From the human T2T-CHM13v2.0 reference genome, Homo sapiens: DNA of 64,000 nt. Position numbers and translations under genes: made by a program. The stretch lies in assembly GCF_009914755.1 (NCBI RefSeq), contig NC_060941.1. The stretch is one strand, 5' to 3'. Below, piece by piece: positions 62,487-64,000 of the stretch. The first letter of the stretch is position 1. Each line of letters starts with the position of its first letter. Under the pieces are notes generated by a model. The model was not told the origin of the DNA. It made no database searches and worked only from the letters and a program-made list of their open reading frames with translations.

Positions 62487-64000
62487 GTAGGCTCCACTGG
62501 GAGAGGAAAGGATGTGGAAGGGAATAGGGCTAGGGATTGCTTTCAACTGGAACAACATGAACATATTTGAACCTGAAGGATACAATAAGTCTCAATCTTT
62601 TATTGTTCTCTTTACTACCAGACATGGATGATTGGACATTTGGAATGCTTGAGGTAAGGTTGGGAAGCTTCAGATGGGCTAGGATCACTCCACCTAACAA
62701 GCTGTCTCTAAGATCACCAGTGACCTCTGTGTATAACGTTCTGGTGCCTGTCTCTATAAGCGTTCTGGTGCCTGTCTTCATTGACCTTTCAGCAGCCTTT
62801 GACACTGTGGACCACACCTTCATTCTTAGCTTTTGGGACAGGAATCTTTTGGCTTTCCCCCACCTCTCTCTGGCTGATCCTTCTCAGTCTGTTTACAGGC
62901 TCTCTCTCCTCTGCTTAGGAATTAAATGCTGGAGTTCCTCAAGGCTGAGTTGTAGGTCCCTTTGTTTCCCCTGCAGGTAGTCTTCCCTGCATCCATGGCT
63001 TTAATGACCACCTCTATGCACAAATAATAGCTCCAGGCTGGAGCCTTCTCTGAGCACTAGGCTGCTATGTCTTCCTTCTCATCTTTTCTTCTTGGGTATC
63101 TCAAAGCATCACACTTAATGCGTCCTAAACTGCTCCTCTTCTGGGATTTCTCATCTCAATGCTTGCCCCATTATCTTTCCAAGTACAGAAGCCAGAGACC
63201 TGGAAATCATGTTACCTTCTTCTCCCTTACCCTAATATGCAGCATATTGTAGCTTTAAGACCTGCCTAATTACCTCTCAAATCTATTTACTTATTCTTGA
63301 GCTCCTTTGAGACTTGCTCTAATCCAAGCCTCTGATAATTTCATGTCTGGATTGCTGTCATAGTCTTCCAAATGCTCCACTCTCCCTCTTCTAGTCTGTT
63401 TTCCTCATGGTCATCACAGTGACTACCACAAACATCAATCTGAAAATGTAACTCATCTGCTTAAAACATTCAAATTACATCAGTTTGCTCAGGAGTAAGA
63501 CCCAAATCCTCACAGGACCAGCAAAGCCCTGTAGGATCCCATCTCTGTCTGCCTCTCAAATCTCATCTCTGCTCATGCTGCCTGGCTCTGTGCGCTCTAG
63601 CTACACTGGCCGCACAGTCGCTCTAGTGTGTCTCACGTCTTCCCACTACAGGGCACCCTTCATGGAATGCTCTCCTTTCCCTCCATCACTTAGGTAATAC
63701 TTGCTCATCCTTCAGATCCTAGCTAGAACGTCATTTCTTCAGAAAGAAGCCTTCAATGATTTCCTTGAACAAATCAAATCTCCCCATTAGAGGCTCTGAG
63801 GACTCCATGTACCTTTCATTTGTAGTGGTTATCACCATTGCACCTTTGTAATGTCTTGTGCCATACTCTATATTAATGTCTGCCCCCCTCCCTTTTCCTT
63901 CACTGGACTCTCAACTTCAGGAGGATAGGGACTTTTGATGCTTTTTTTTTTTTTGAGACAGAGTCTTGCTGGAGTGCAGTGGCGTGATCTCAGCTCATTG

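Overview
Human (hominid) genomic DNA, recognisable as the ADAP2-RNF135 segment of 17q11.2 (the NF1 microdeletion region). Both genes lie on the + strand. ADAP2 coding exons 2-11 (648-35573) splice with consistent phases into an ArfGAP + two-PH-domain protein; exon 1 lies just upstream of the window. RNF135 (Riplet) contributes its CpG-island promoter, exon 1 (RING) and exon 2. The rest is a dense transposon landscape: dozens of Alus, L1/L2/MIR fragments, hAT MERs, two ERV LTRs, a nearly full-length HSMAR2 mariner, a 7SL retrocopy, a DPRX processed pseudogene and a full-length antisense SVA in RNF135 intron 1. Almost all ORFs in the supplied track are Alu/SVA/GC-rich artefacts. I found no new protein-coding system. 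The most interesting signals are: (1) an 18-nt SINE-R copy templated onto the SVA 5' end; (2) a TSD-flanked poly(A)-only insertion; (3) a consensus ISRE in ADAP2 intron 5 and a perfect NF-kB site in an intergenic LTR between two RIG-I-pathway genes; (4) splice-site oddities in ADAP2 (recursive-type exon 5 junction, +18-nt acceptor, NAGNAG). Repeat subfamily names are recalled from consensus sequences, and repeat boundaries without TSDs are approximate.
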